Of a stretch of DNA of 64,000 nucleotides, positions 54,520-64,000 are shown piece after piece (position 1 is the first letter of the stretch; the number at the start of each line of letters is the position of its first letter). The notes beneath the pieces were generated by a model. The model was not told the DNA's origin. It saw only the letters and a program-made list of their open reading frames with translations, and did no database searches. The position numbers and the translations under genes are program-made. Source of the stretch: a bacterium (GTDB lineage Bacteria > UBA8248); assembly GCA_963692865.2 (NCBI GenBank), contig OY843592.1, positions 1,376,001 to 1,440,000 on the forward strand. Reading direction: 5' to 3'.

Positions 54520-55722
54520 TTGTTTCGGAGAACGTTTTTGACGGATACGGCCGTGGCGGGCGCGGTTCCAGAGCGCCTCAAGAAAAGAAGAATTTCTCTG
54601 CTCATCGTAGCTCACGTCGCGAACGACAGCTATTTCGGTTTCCTCCCCCCGCTGCTTCCCCTCATCGTGGAGCGTCTCGATCTGCCCTTGAGTCTGGCGG
54701 GCCTTCTGGCCACCACGCTTTCCATCACGGGCGCCGTGGGCCAGCCCCTTTTCGGCTACTTCGCCGACAGGATCAAGAAAGGGTGGCTGCTGGCGCTCGG
54801 GCCGCTGGGCGGCGCGCTGTTGGCGTTCATGCTCTACATGCCGAATTTCTGGATACTCATGCTGCTCATGCTGATCGCGGGCTCGGGTTCCGCCTGTTTC
54901 CATCCCGTCGCCTCGGTCATCGCCGGCCAGTCGGCGGGCGCGAGAAAAGGCTTCGGCATGTCGCTCTACATCGCGGGCGGCCGTCTGGGCGTGGGACTGG
55001 GTTCGGGCATGGCGACCTTCATCGTAACGAGGTGGGGCATCGACGCCATTCCCTACGCGAGCCTCGTCGGCATCGTCGTCGGACTCCCCCTGTTCTTCAT
55101 CTCTCCGCCCATCCGGGACGTGGGGCGCACCACCGAACCGCAGAGTTTCATGCGGACGATTCAGATGCTCAGGCTCGTGTTCCGGCCGCTGTTTCTGCTT
55201 TGGCTCGTGAACTTGTGCCGCACGACGGTGACGATGACGGTGCAGGTCTTCTTGCCGATATACATCATCGCCAAGGGCGGTTCGCTGGCCGCGGGCGGAA
55301 CGGCCATCACCCTGTTTCTGGTCGCCGCGGCGGTGGGCGGCATCTACGGCGGGTATCTCTCCGACATCTTCGGCAGGCGGATCGTGACAATCATGGCCAT
55401 CTGCGTGGGCACGCCGGCATTGGGTCTGGTCTTTTTGTTCGACGAGCCTTGGCGCACGATCTTCGTCATGCTCTCGGGCGCGGCCTTCTACGCGCAGATG
55501 GGGGTTTCCGTGACGTACGCGCAGGAGATCGCCCCCGAGCACGCCGCCCTGGTGAGCAGCTTCATGCTCGGCGTGGTCTGGTTCGTGGCGAGCATCGGGA
55601 TGATCGCCGTAGGCGGTCTGGCCGACTACATCGGCGTGGAAACGGCCCTGCCGCTGGTCTGCATGGCGTTCGGCGTGGTGGGCTCGTTCATCTCCCTCGG
55701 ACTGCCGAAAGAGACTGCGTAG
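54520..55722 (+). CDS. MFS transporter (Fsr-like)
   Basis: AHVANDSY...LLP, QPLFGYFADR, FHP, GYLSDIFGRR; ~12 TM; start uncertain. Confidence 0.88.
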   Translation: MFRRTFLTDTAVAGAVPERLKKRRISLLIVAHVANDSYFGFLPPLLPLIVERLDLPLSLAGLLATTLSITGAVGQPLFGYFADRIKKGWLLALGPLGGALLAFMLYMPNFWILMLLMLIAGSGSACFHPVASVIAGQSAGARKGFGMSLYIAGGRLGVGLGSGMATFIVTRWGIDAIPYASLVGIVVGLPLFFISPPIRDVGRTTEPQSFMRTIQMLRLVFRPLFLLWLVNLCRTTVTMTVQVFLPIYIIAKGGSLAAGGTAITLFLVAAAVGGIYGGYLSDIFGRRIVTIMAICVGTPALGLVFLFDEPWRTIFVMLSGAAFYAQMGVSVTYAQEIAPEHAALVSSFMLGVVWFVASIGMIAVGGLADYIGVETALPLVCMAFGVVGSFISLGLPKETA

Positions 55723-55726
55723 AAAC

Positions 55727-56119
55727 ATGTCGAAAAAATTCAAACCCCTGGCCGTGGAGCGTGAGATAGCCGAAGAAATGGCCTCCACGCTCGGTCGTAT
55801 CGGCAGCGGATTCTCCAAGCGCCATAAAATGGCGTGGGCGGCCTTTCGCGCCTGGGAGAAGAGGGGAGAACGCAGCGCCACAATCAGGAAAAGGCTCGAG
55901 GACGCGCTCCACCAAGCGATGGACGAGGCGGAGCGCTATCGCTATTTTCTCATCGTACAGAGAGAGGCGATGGGGCTTCGAAACCACGCGGAGGTAAACC
56001 GCAAATACCCGCTGCCCCGCGTGCCGGGCAGGCCGCCCGCTGCGGGAGACCCCACTAGCCCTCGTCTCGCTTGGCCCGGAGGATTTTCACGAGGTTGGCG
56101 TAGGAAGTTCTCTGGATGA
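55727..56119 (+). CDS. hypothetical protein (DUF6665-like)
   Basis: EIAEEMASTLGR...FLIVQREAMGLRNH..V...YP.P. Confidence 0.65.
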   Translation: MSKKFKPLAVEREIAEEMASTLGRIGSGFSKRHKMAWAAFRAWEKRGERSATIRKRLEDALHQAMDEAERYRYFLIVQREAMGLRNHAEVNRKYPLPRVPGRPPAAGDPTSPRLAWPGGFSRGWRRKFSG

Positions 56120-56660
56120 TGGAGCGGAACTGGTCGCGGTAGTTTTTTACGAGGCTCACGCCCTCCACCACAACGTCATAGACGCGCCATTCACCCCCCA
56201 CTCTGTGCAGGCGGTAGAAGATGTCGACCTCTTTCTTGTCCGTCGTGATGATGACGGTATCGACCTTGGCGAATTCCGCGTCGCTGGTCTCTTTGCCGAA
56301 AACAACTTTCTCGTCGGTGTAGCTTTCCAATGTGCCGGCGTAGTTGCGTTCCATGAAGTAACTGAAAAGCTCGATGAATTCGGTCTTCTCCTTCGGCGTA
56401 CGTTTTCTCCACGCCCTCGCGAGGCTTCTTCGGGACATTTCCTCGAAATCGAAATACCGGTGGATGACCTTGCGCATCCGGTTTCTGCGCTCCGCCTTTT
56501 TCTCGGGGGCTTTTAAATCGGGTTGGCGAAGGATATCCAATACCCCGTGTATCCCCGTCCGCACCACTTCGGACGGCTCTCCCGCTTGAGCGAGCGGCGC
56601 GAGAAGCGCACAGGCGAACATTGCGGCAAAGAGTAGCGGCAAACGCTTTTTCAACAACAT
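56055..56660 (-). CDS. mlaC: MlaC/Ttg2D phospholipid-binding protein
   Basis: FDFEEMSRRSL, WRVYDVVVEGVSLVKNYRDQF. Confidence 0.9.
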   Translation of the reverse strand: MLLKKRLPLLFAAMFACALLAPLAQAGEPSEVVRTGIHGVLDILRQPDLKAPEKKAERRNRMRKVIHRYFDFEEMSRRSLARAWRKRTPKEKTEFIELFSYFMERNYAGTLESYTDEKVVFGKETSDAEFAKVDTVIITTDKKEVDIFYRLHRVGGEWRVYDVVVEGVSLVKNYRDQFRSIIQRTSYANLVKILRAKRDEG

Positions 56661-56834
56661 GGGCTATCCTCGTGGGGGAATGACTGCATTCGGAAATGGC
56701 GGCAAAACTTGGATGATGTGGTGATAGTTATATATTTTCCGGTTCTCTCGATTCTGAGTCCGCTGGCGCGAAGCACTCATTGACGAACAGATTATCGGTC
56801 ATCTTCTTGCGTTGTTTCAGGCGGCGATGCTCCT

Positions 56835-57287
56835 TTATTTCTTCTTCTTTACATTGCCGAAAATAAAGTCGCCGATGAGTTTCTCGATGTCAACCGGTGG
56901 TTCCGTCTCGCGAATCCGCCCGCCCGGGGGGATGATTTTTTCCGACCCTCCCTGGCTGAGGCTCACGTATTTGTCGCCCAGGACCCCTTTCGTTCGAATC
57001 GAGGCGATGGAATCCCGGGAGAGTTCAATGCTCTCATCGATGCGGAGCGTAATTTTCGCATCCTCCCCGTCGAGGGAGATTCCGCTCACCCGCCCGACGC
57101 GCACGCCCGCCATTTCCACCGACGCGCCACTTCTCAAGCCTGTCGCAGTCGTGAAATTCGCCGAGACTTCATACGCGCCGTCATCAAGAATTTCCAGACC
57201 GCCGAGGTTAATGGAGAGATAGGCGAGCGCGAGGATTCCCGCCAGAACGAATACGCCGACGCCGAATTCCACGTTTTTTCGGTACAA
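56835..57287 (-). CDS. mlaD: MCE-domain protein MlaD
   Basis: EFGVGVFV, GLRSGASVEMAGVRVGRV, IRTKGVLGDKYVSL; TTG start. Confidence 0.92.
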   Translation of the reverse strand: MYRKNVEFGVGVFVLAGILALAYLSINLGGLEILDDGAYEVSANFTTATGLRSGASVEMAGVRVGRVSGISLDGEDAKITLRIDESIELSRDSIASIRTKGVLGDKYVSLSQGGSEKIIPPGGRIRETEPPVDIEKLIGDFIFGNVKKKK

Positions 57288-57301
57288 GGCTCGTCCCTTC
57301 T

Positions 57302-58090
57302 TCAAATGAGAATCGAGGTGAGAAAATAATCGCCCACGAGTATCAGGACGGAAGACAGCACCACGGCCGAGGTGGTCGCCTTGCCCACTCCCTCGGCCCC
57401 GTGGCCGCAATGATACCCCTTATAGCAGCAGACCCATGTGACGATGAGGCCGAAGACGATGGACTTCCATAAGCCCACTTCGATGTCGACCATCTCGATC
57501 TTGTCCTGCATCTCCCCGAAAAAAGTGCCGGAGCTCAGGCCCATCAGCTCCACGCCCACGAGATAGGCCCCGAAAATGCCGATGAGGTCGCAAAGCGCCG
57601 TGAGCAGGGGGAATACTATCACGCCTGCGAGCAGCCGGGGAGAGACGAGGCGCTGCAGGGGGTTCACGGCCATGCTCTTCAGGGCGTCCACCTGTTCGGT
57701 GATCCGCATGATGCCGATCTCGGCCGTCATGGCCGAACCCGCTCTCCCGGTGACGACGAGGGCGGTGAGCACGGGCCCGAGTTCGCGGATGAGGCTGAAG
57801 GCGACGGCGGGGCCCAGAAAGGCTTCTGAGCCGAATTTTCTGAAAGCGTAAATTCCCTGCAGCGCCAGCACCATCCCGGTGAACAGGCCGCTCAGCAAGA
57901 CGATGGAGAGCGAGCCCGTACCGATGATGTATATCTGGCGCATCAGGAGAGAGGGCCGCCAGGGCGGCGCGAAAATCCACCGCACGGATTCGAGCAGGAA
58001 GATCGCGGCGCTTCCCATGCCGGCGACGGTCTCCATCGCGCGCCGACCCAGCGTTCGGATGCCTTGCGTCACCATTGTAGCGGAACTCAT
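57302..58090 (-). CDS. mlaE: ABC permease MlaE
   Basis: RELGPVLTAL..GRAGSAMTAEIG.MRITEQVDAL, GAEGVGKATT. Confidence 0.94.
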   Translation of the reverse strand: MSSATMVTQGIRTLGRRAMETVAGMGSAAIFLLESVRWIFAPPWRPSLLMRQIYIIGTGSLSIVLLSGLFTGMVLALQGIYAFRKFGSEAFLGPAVAFSLIRELGPVLTALVVTGRAGSAMTAEIGIMRITEQVDALKSMAVNPLQRLVSPRLLAGVIVFPLLTALCDLIGIFGAYLVGVELMGLSSGTFFGEMQDKIEMVDIEVGLWKSIVFGLIVTWVCCYKGYHCGHGAEGVGKATTSAVVLSSVLILVGDYFLTSILI

Positions 58091-58276
58091 GGGGCTTGCC
58101 TTCTATTCCTCATCATGAGCGAGTATAGTGATCTTAATCGATTGCGTGGTTGTTTCCACGAGCGGTTTCTCGCGATTCATGGGGCGGAGAAAATCGGTTC
58201 CTAGTGTATCGTTCCTGAAGGATGGAGATCAACGCTCATACGAGCGCCCATATTCTTCTAAGGGTTTGTTTTTTAT

Positions 58277-59101
58277 ATGAAAAATGCAGTAGTCGGCCCC
58301 TTGTCCAGATATATCGAGTATGGCGTGCGCAACCATATGGCGGATTTTGCGCAAATCACCCGCCTTTTCGTCATCATTTACGTGCCCGTATCCATGATGG
58401 CGCTCTCGGCGCATCCCTCGATCAAATCGCTTATCGACCCCGAAGCGAACCTCATGCTGCTCTTCCCCCTCATGATCGCTTCACAGTTGATTTTACGCGT
58501 ATTGCAGGTGTTCCTGTTTATCCTCCTGATCTTGCGGGTCGAATCCGAACGTGTGGGAGACGGGGCCGTTTGGGACATCGCCGAAGCGGTGAATCGCCTG
58601 AAATCCGTCGCCAAGGTGGATTTGGCGTATACCTTCGGCTTGCAGTTGCTGGGCGTCATCGGGTTTGCAGCGGCGCTGTTCATCTTCGGTTTTCTGTTCG
58701 GAGATTCGCCCATCGGTCTTCCGTTTGCCTTCGCCGTTACGGTTTTTCTCGTTCTCACGCCGGCGGTTCGGTATTATTTCTGCACCCTGACCGCGCTGCT
58801 GTATGGCGATGACTTCGCCCAGGCCTTCCGACGCGCCGGCGCGATATCGAGCGGGGGCGAGAGAACCGTCGTCGTCCTGGCGATGACCTATCTGCTGATC
58901 TGGTTCATACTCTGGCAAGTGATACAGGGGATTTTCGGCGGGGGTCTGTTGGGGCAGGTCCTGTTGCAGACGGGGGTGATGGTGACCTCGATCTCCTATT
59001 ATCTGGCGGGGTATCTGCTGTTCTCGGACCTTTGCGAGTCTGGGAGCGTAAGGCGGACGGATGAGGCGGAGCAAATCCCAGAAGATACGGGCGACGCGTA
59101 G
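58277..59101 (+). CDS. hypothetical integral membrane protein
   Basis: 274 aa with ~6 hydrophobic segments. Confidence 0.65.
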   Translation: MKNAVVGPLSRYIEYGVRNHMADFAQITRLFVIIYVPVSMMALSAHPSIKSLIDPEANLMLLFPLMIASQLILRVLQVFLFILLILRVESERVGDGAVWDIAEAVNRLKSVAKVDLAYTFGLQLLGVIGFAAALFIFGFLFGDSPIGLPFAFAVTVFLVLTPAVRYYFCTLTALLYGDDFAQAFRRAGAISSGGERTVVVLAMTYLLIWFILWQVIQGIFGGGLLGQVLLQTGVMVTSISYYLAGYLLFSDLCESGSVRRTDEAEQIPEDTGDA

Positions 59102-59109
59102 GGCGGCGT

Positions 59110-59892
59110 TTACAGGAAAACGTCGAAGTTCAGCCCGTCATACGCGAGCTCAACGCCGCCGGGCAGGTTCCGGTTCGTTTCGTGGTATTCGAGTTCGAAA
59201 TTGGTGTGGGTGAAATAAGTCTGCTCGGGCTCGAGCGCCTCGACGATTCTCAGCGCTTGGGCGACCGTGAAATGAGAGGGATGTTCCCGGTGGCGCAAGG
59301 CGTCCAGGATGAGGACGCGCACTCCTTTCAGGATTTCCATGGATTTTTCCGGGATCGCGTTGCAATCCGTCGCGTAAGCGAAGTCCCCCACCCGCAGGCC
59401 CATCACCATCATGCCGGCGTGTTCGAGTTCGAAGGGGATGACGTTCATGCCGGCCACACCGAAAGGGGAGTCTCGAATCTCCTCCAGCGTGAGTTGCGGC
59501 CTGAAGCCGCCGTAGTCCTTCGCGTCATTGAATATGTAGCTGAAATTCCTGCGTAGAATCTGCACCGTATTGGGATAGGCGTAACAGGGAATCGGCTTTC
59601 CCATCAGGAAGTTGAAGGCGCGCAAATCGTCGATGCCGTGGGTGTGGTCCGCGTGATAGTGGGTATAGACCACGGCGTCCACCCGGGTGATCTCGTGTCT
59701 GAGCGCCTGCTCGCGCAAGTCGGGACCCGTATCGACGAGCAGGTTTCGCCCGTTGTGCTCGATGATGATGCTCGGGCGCAGCCGCTTGTTCCTGGGGTCA
59801 TCCGAAAGACATGCGGCGGTAGCGCACCCGATGGAGGGAACGCCGGTGGAAGTGCCGCAGCCCAGAACGGTGACGCGAGCTTTCGAGTTCAT
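59110..59892 (-). CDS. MBL-fold metallohydrolase (PhnP-like)
   Basis: LGCGTSTGVP, DTGPDLREQ, THYHADHTHG. Confidence 0.92.
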   Translation of the reverse strand: MNSKARVTVLGCGTSTGVPSIGCATAACLSDDPRNKRLRPSIIIEHNGRNLLVDTGPDLREQALRHEITRVDAVVYTHYHADHTHGIDDLRAFNFLMGKPIPCYAYPNTVQILRRNFSYIFNDAKDYGGFRPQLTLEEIRDSPFGVAGMNVIPFELEHAGMMVMGLRVGDFAYATDCNAIPEKSMEILKGVRVLILDALRHREHPSHFTVAQALRIVEALEPEQTYFTHTNFELEYHETNRNLPGGVELAYDGLNFDVFL

Positions 59893-60923
59893 CTCACCGA
59901 ATCCGCCAGAACCCGAGCGGCGGTTTGCACGTCTTCCCTCGATACGTCCAGATGGGTGACGGCGCGGAGCATCTTCGCGTTCGGAACGGAGAAGGCGACC
60001 CCTTTTTCCATCATCGTTTCGTTGATCCGATGCGCCGTCTTGCCGGTTTCCGATACGTCGAGAAACACGAGGTTGGTGGGCGTGGTGTCATGGACGGGCC
60101 GAACACCCGGAACTCCGGCGGTGAGTTCGGAGAAAAGCTGGGCGTTGGCGTGATCGTCCGCCAGGCGCTCCACGTGGTTATCCAGAGCGTAGAGACCTGC
60201 GGCGGCGAGAACCCCCGCCTGGCGCCAGCCGCCGCCCCACATTTTCCAGTACCGGCGCGCCTCCTGGATGAACGCTTTCTCCCCGAGTAGAATCGAACCC
60301 ACCGGGCAGCCCAATCCCTTGGAGAAGCAAAAGCACATTGAATCGCAGCGCCTCGCCCATTCCTGCGGGGGGATGCCGGAGGCGACGATGGCGTTGAAGA
60401 TGCGGGCGCCGTCCATGTGAAGGGGGATGTTTTGCTCTTTTGAGAAGGCGCGCAACTCATCGAGTTGTTCGAGGGGGAACACGTGGCCCCCGCCCTGGTT
60501 GTGCGTGTTCTCCACCCAGAGCAGGGCGCTTGTGGGATATCCTCCCCTGGGGCGGAGCCATGCCTCGGCGTCTTCGCGGGCGAATGCCCCGCGTTTCGCC
60601 GCGATCAAGGCGAATTGAATTCCCGATAAGAATGGGCCTGCCCCCAGTTCGTTTCGAAAGGGATGGCAATGTGAATCGGCGATGATCTCATCGCCCGGGT
60701 TCGTGTGCACCTTGATGGCCAACTGATTGGCCAGCGAGCCCGATGAGACGAAAAGGCCTTCTTCCTTCCCGAACAGGGCGGCCGATTTTTCGATGAGTTT
60801 GTTGACGCTCGGGTCCTCTCTGAGCGTATCGTCGCCCACTGGAGCGGCGGCGATGACCTCTCGCATCGCCTGGGTGGGGCGCGTTGCGGTGTCGCTTCTC
60901 ATATCGATGAAATGACGGGACAA
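59889..60923 (-). CDS. ltaE: low-specificity L-threonine aldolase
   Basis: DMRSDT, VGDD...EDPSV, ENTHN, HMDGARIFNA, FSKGLG.PVGS; start estimated. Confidence 0.9.
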   Translation of the reverse strand: MSRHFIDMRSDTATRPTQAMREVIAAAPVGDDTLREDPSVNKLIEKSAALFGKEEGLFVSSGSLANQLAIKVHTNPGDEIIADSHCHPFRNELGAGPFLSGIQFALIAAKRGAFAREDAEAWLRPRGGYPTSALLWVENTHNQGGGHVFPLEQLDELRAFSKEQNIPLHMDGARIFNAIVASGIPPQEWARRCDSMCFCFSKGLGCPVGSILLGEKAFIQEARRYWKMWGGGWRQAGVLAAAGLYALDNHVERLADDHANAQLFSELTAGVPGVRPVHDTTPTNLVFLDVSETGKTAHRINETMMEKGVAFSVPNAKMLRAVTHLDVSREDVQTAARVLADSVR

Positions 60924-61080
60924 AGGAGAGACTCCCCGGTTGCCGGCCCCCGTCTCCGGGAGTCGGGTTTCAGGTACTCGTTTTGTTGAAATCCATTTGG
61001 TGGAGAATATATTTGCATAATCACAGGTGATTTGCCAGATTAACGCCCTGTGATTTTTTGCTTCTTCCGAATCCTCATTC

Positions 61081-62223
61081 ATGACCAGAGACCAAAACGA
61101 CATGCCGGATAGCGATGGGTTGCCCCTATTCGAGGACGAATTCATAAAGCGCGCGAGGGCGTATCAAATGCGGCGCCTGTCTGTGGGATTGGCGTCCTCA
61201 CTGCTGGAGTTTGGCGTCTTGTTGGCCTTCTCGTTCTGGTATCTGGGCGCAGGAGCCGGGATTTCGTCGCACGGTGCTTTCTGGAGCGGATTCATTGTTT
61301 TTTCCTTTATCGCACTCACAAAAACGCTGGTGTCTTTGCCCTTCGACTTCTACGGCGGTTACGTGCTCGCTCGCCGGGAAAATTTATCGAACCAGTCGCC
61401 GGCGGACTGGTTGTGGGACAGATGCAAAGGATTGGTTCTTCTCCTGCTTCTCGGAGGATCGGCCGGCGGTATTTTTTTGATGATCATGGTTCGGTGGCCT
61501 GTGTATTGGTGGTGGATTGCCGCGGTGGCTTCGGTCTTGCTGGTGATTTTCATCTCCCTTATCGCGCCCGTGTTGCTCGCGCCCATATTCTTCCGCTTCA
61601 AGCCTCTGGAGGATGAATGCCTCAAAGAGCGGCTCCTCGCCTTGCTGGAGAGAACGAAGGCGAGAGTATACGGCGGCGTGTGGGAGATGGATATGAGTTC
61701 CAAGAGCAAGGCTGCGAACGCCGCCCTGGTCGGCTGGGGGCCGTCGCGCCGGGTGGTTCTATCGGATACGCTGCTCGATTTCACGCCCGATGAGATCGAG
61801 GCGATTCTCGCCCATGAAATCGCGCATCACGTGGGCCGTCATATACCGGCCCTGATAGCGATGAAAAGCGCGATCTTGGTTTTCGGGATGTATCTCTCCC
61901 ACCATGCGCTGATATGGCCGGGCTCCGCTCTGGCGCAACCCGGAGAGCCTGCCTGCGTCGTGGTCTTGTGGATAGTCCTGAGTCTCCTGGGAGCGGTATT
62001 GTCTCCATTGGTTCTGGCGGTATCGCGTAACCTGGAGCATAGCTGCGATCGCTATTCCACCGAACACGCGCAGGCGCGGGGCGGTTTGTCTTCTGCCCTT
62101 ATCAAGTTATGCAGGCAAAACCTGACGGACCCTGATCCGCCCGGCTGGGTGGTCGTGCTCTTTCATTCCCACCCTTCGGTTTGCGACCGGTTGACCAGAA
62201 TCGAATCCTGGGAGAAGGCCTAG
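61081..62223 (+). CDS. M48 family (Ste24-like) membrane metallopeptidase
   Basis: ANAALVG.G..RRVVLSDTLL, HEIAH, E..CD, HSHP. Confidence 0.9.
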   Translation: MTRDQNDMPDSDGLPLFEDEFIKRARAYQMRRLSVGLASSLLEFGVLLAFSFWYLGAGAGISSHGAFWSGFIVFSFIALTKTLVSLPFDFYGGYVLARRENLSNQSPADWLWDRCKGLVLLLLLGGSAGGIFLMIMVRWPVYWWWIAAVASVLLVIFISLIAPVLLAPIFFRFKPLEDECLKERLLALLERTKARVYGGVWEMDMSSKSKAANAALVGWGPSRRVVLSDTLLDFTPDEIEAILAHEIAHHVGRHIPALIAMKSAILVFGMYLSHHALIWPGSALAQPGEPACVVVLWIVLSLLGAVLSPLVLAVSRNLEHSCDRYSTEHAQARGGLSSALIKLCRQNLTDPDPPGWVVVLFHSHPSVCDRLTRIESWEKA

Positions 62224-62231
62224 GTAATCCA

Positions 62232-63089
62232 TCAGCGTATTTTGCGAATGAAGGGGATGACCCAATTCGCGATGTTGGGATGCGTGAGTGATTCGAACGG
62301 TCCTTGTTTCTCTATCCTTTGCAGTTCCGCTCTCCCGCCGCTTTCCTTGATCGCTTTCAGGAAGGATTCGGCATCGCTGAGCGGGTAGGGCGCTCCTTGG
62401 CTGTGGAGCAGCAGAGTCGGGGCCTTGGTCTTGCCCGCCACACGGATGGGAGAGCGCTCACGATAGGATTCCCGTGATTGAGCGGGCGCGCCGCCGAGCA
62501 GCGCGCGTATTCTGCTCTTCCGATTTTGGGATAAGAGCGGGTAGTTTTTCTGCAGGTCATAAAATCCGTTTTCAAGAACGAGGCCCGAAATGCTCGCGCT
62601 CCTGGTCGCCGCGAGGGCCGCCACCGAAGCCCCCTGTCCGATTCCGTAGACGAAAATACCGTTTTTCTCGACGCTCTCCCTGGTGCTCAAATATCGGACT
62701 GCGCCGAGTGCGGCATCCACGCTTTTGGGTCCTGCGAAATCCTCTGGTCCTGTGGATGCGCCGAAACCGGGCAGCGAAATGCTCATCAGGATGAAACCAT
62801 CACGCGCATGAGCCAGCATGGCGCGCCGGAACCTTTGGGCGCGGGCGTCCGCTCCATGGAGCAGGAGAATCGCCGGATAGCGTCTCTGAGGAGGAAACCC
62901 TCTTTCAGGTGGTTGGATGGCGTATGCCTCCACGCGGCCCCAGGGAAATTCCAGAAACCATTCCCGGATTACATCGCCGCGAGCGGTCTTTGTCTCTTGA
63001 TCCAAGACGCATCCCGTGAGTAAAAACGTCGAAACCAGGAGAAAGCAAACGCCGGGGAAGATGTTTTTCCAGTTTTTTTTCAATTTCAC
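62232..63089 (-). CDS. alpha/beta hydrolase-fold lipoprotein (S9-like), catalytic residues degenerate
   Basis: Lipobox LLTGC; PAILLLHG, SLPGFGAS.G, ERSPI, PTLLLH; nucleophile elbow reads GIGQG. Confidence 0.75.
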   Translation of the reverse strand: MKLKKNWKNIFPGVCFLLVSTFLLTGCVLDQETKTARGDVIREWFLEFPWGRVEAYAIQPPERGFPPQRRYPAILLLHGADARAQRFRRAMLAHARDGFILMSISLPGFGASTGPEDFAGPKSVDAALGAVRYLSTRESVEKNGIFVYGIGQGASVAALAATRSASISGLVLENGFYDLQKNYPLLSQNRKSRIRALLGGAPAQSRESYRERSPIRVAGKTKAPTLLLHSQGAPYPLSDAESFLKAIKESGGRAELQRIEKQGPFESLTHPNIANWVIPFIRKIR

Positions 63090-63307
63090 GGCGGGTCCTT
63101 TTCATCTCTGCGAATGGTTCTCATGAAAATTTATTCCGAGCGGGACTGCATGTAAGATATAAATAACATCATCTTAACATATTGATATGATAGAACTAGA
63201 CGCATCTGGAAAAAAGGGGGTTGCATTTTATGGATTTTCGTATTATATTCGTATTATTGGTGAATATAAAAATTCTCCATATAGCAACAATTTTTAACCT
63301 GATTTTA

Positions 63308-63354
63308 ACACAAAATGTAGTGCATTATTGCAGGGCAGGCACTATATATAGATT
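63308..63354 (+). promoter_or_regulatory. tandem NrdR boxes
   Basis: acacaaaatgtagtgc and gcactatatatagatt, 31 bp start-to-start, matching acaCwAtATaTwGtg. Confidence 0.7.
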
Positions 63355-63406
63355 ATCAAGCTGCTCCCCTTCAGGTTAGAGGGGAAAGCGGAAAAGGAGG
63401 CCCGTC

Positions 63407-63628
63407 ATGGCGATGAGAACGCAAATACCCGGATACAGGACACATGGGACGAGCCGGACCTCGAAGCGCATTCACCAAGCCTGCATGCGGAATCTCGCCC
63501 TTTATTTACAAGGCCATATCTCTTATGAGGATTGGCAGACCCGACAAGAGGAGCTCGAATCGAGGCTTACGCCCGAGCCCGAGCTTCCCTTTGTGACGTG
63601 CGACCCCAAAACCCCCGAGGCCGCATGA
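63407..63628 (+). CDS. small hypothetical protein
   Basis: AAGGAGG RBS, 73 aa, downstream of an AT-rich promoter and the NrdR boxes. Confidence 0.6.
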   Translation: MAMRTQIPGYRTHGTSRTSKRIHQACMRNLALYLQGHISYEDWQTRQEELESRLTPEPELPFVTCDPKTPEAA

Positions 63629-64000
63629 TATATCCCTCGCCTGGGCGAAACGTCCCGGGCAAGCGCGTCGCTTCTCCCTGACGCGCTTACGCCGCTTTCT
63701 CCGCTCGGTCCTGCTCTGCAGCGGGGCATCGCCCGTAGGCGGCATGAGGGATGGGGAGAACCCGGAAATCAATCTCTCGCTCCATTTTGGCCCATGGATT
63801 GCCGAACCCACAGAGGGAAACCACGCTTTCGTCGTATGGGTGGCGTGGCGTAAAAGATTGTAAATCTTTATTTTTACCCCTTGCGCTTATTGGGAGTATC
63901 TGCTACGGTTTGGCGTCTTTTCCCACAATAGGTGTGGGTAAAAGGTTTGTGGGTATGCAGGACGAATGAAGATTCCCTTCCAAAGAGACGCTCCATTCAT

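Noticed and set aside
56055-56119. Convergent overlap of the DUF6665-like gene and mlaC
   Set aside because: A short low-complexity tail overlap, likely stop-codon drift

Overview
A bacterial chromosomal window, mostly high-GC, in two halves. 1-30 kb is an accessory-rich mosaic. It holds a sugar (CUT2) ABC transporter operon, a Tat-exported molybdopterin oxidoreductase, pdxH, an LLM monooxygenase/flavin reductase pair, ftsH, a MetE-like/amidohydrolase pair and folE2. These are interleaved with lower-GC defence-like cassettes (HEPN protein, RelE/XRE pair, HAD hydrolase, orphan HigA, HNH nuclease, GHKL-STAS-PIN triad, EVE-PD-(D/E)XK nuclease) and many nested palindromic MITE/REP-like repeats. 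30-64 kb is core genome: metH, tRNA-Leu, tig-clpP-clpX, tRNA-Val, thrS-infC-rpmI-rplT-pheS-pheT, zapB-zapA-6S RNA-fau-rny-ymdB, a methylmalonyl-CoA mutase subunit, alaS, an MFS transporter, mlaE/D/C, ltaE and an M48 peptidase. The most notable items are: a sugar-ABC ATPase with a ~150-aa, ~4-TM insertion inside NBD2; a deiodinase-like selenoprotein split by the ORF caller at an in-frame UGA followed by a SECIS-like hairpin; a kinase/STAS/PIN module flanked by a duplicated promoter, whose PIN gene has an early in-frame stop; 'Russian-doll' composite MITEs; a possible orphan abiF-like RNA; tandem NrdR boxes upstream of a tiny unknown ORF; and an alpha/beta-hydrolase lipoprotein lacking its catalytic triad. 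No rRNA, CRISPR array, transposase or integrase was seen. All family calls are from motif recognition by eye, not database searches.
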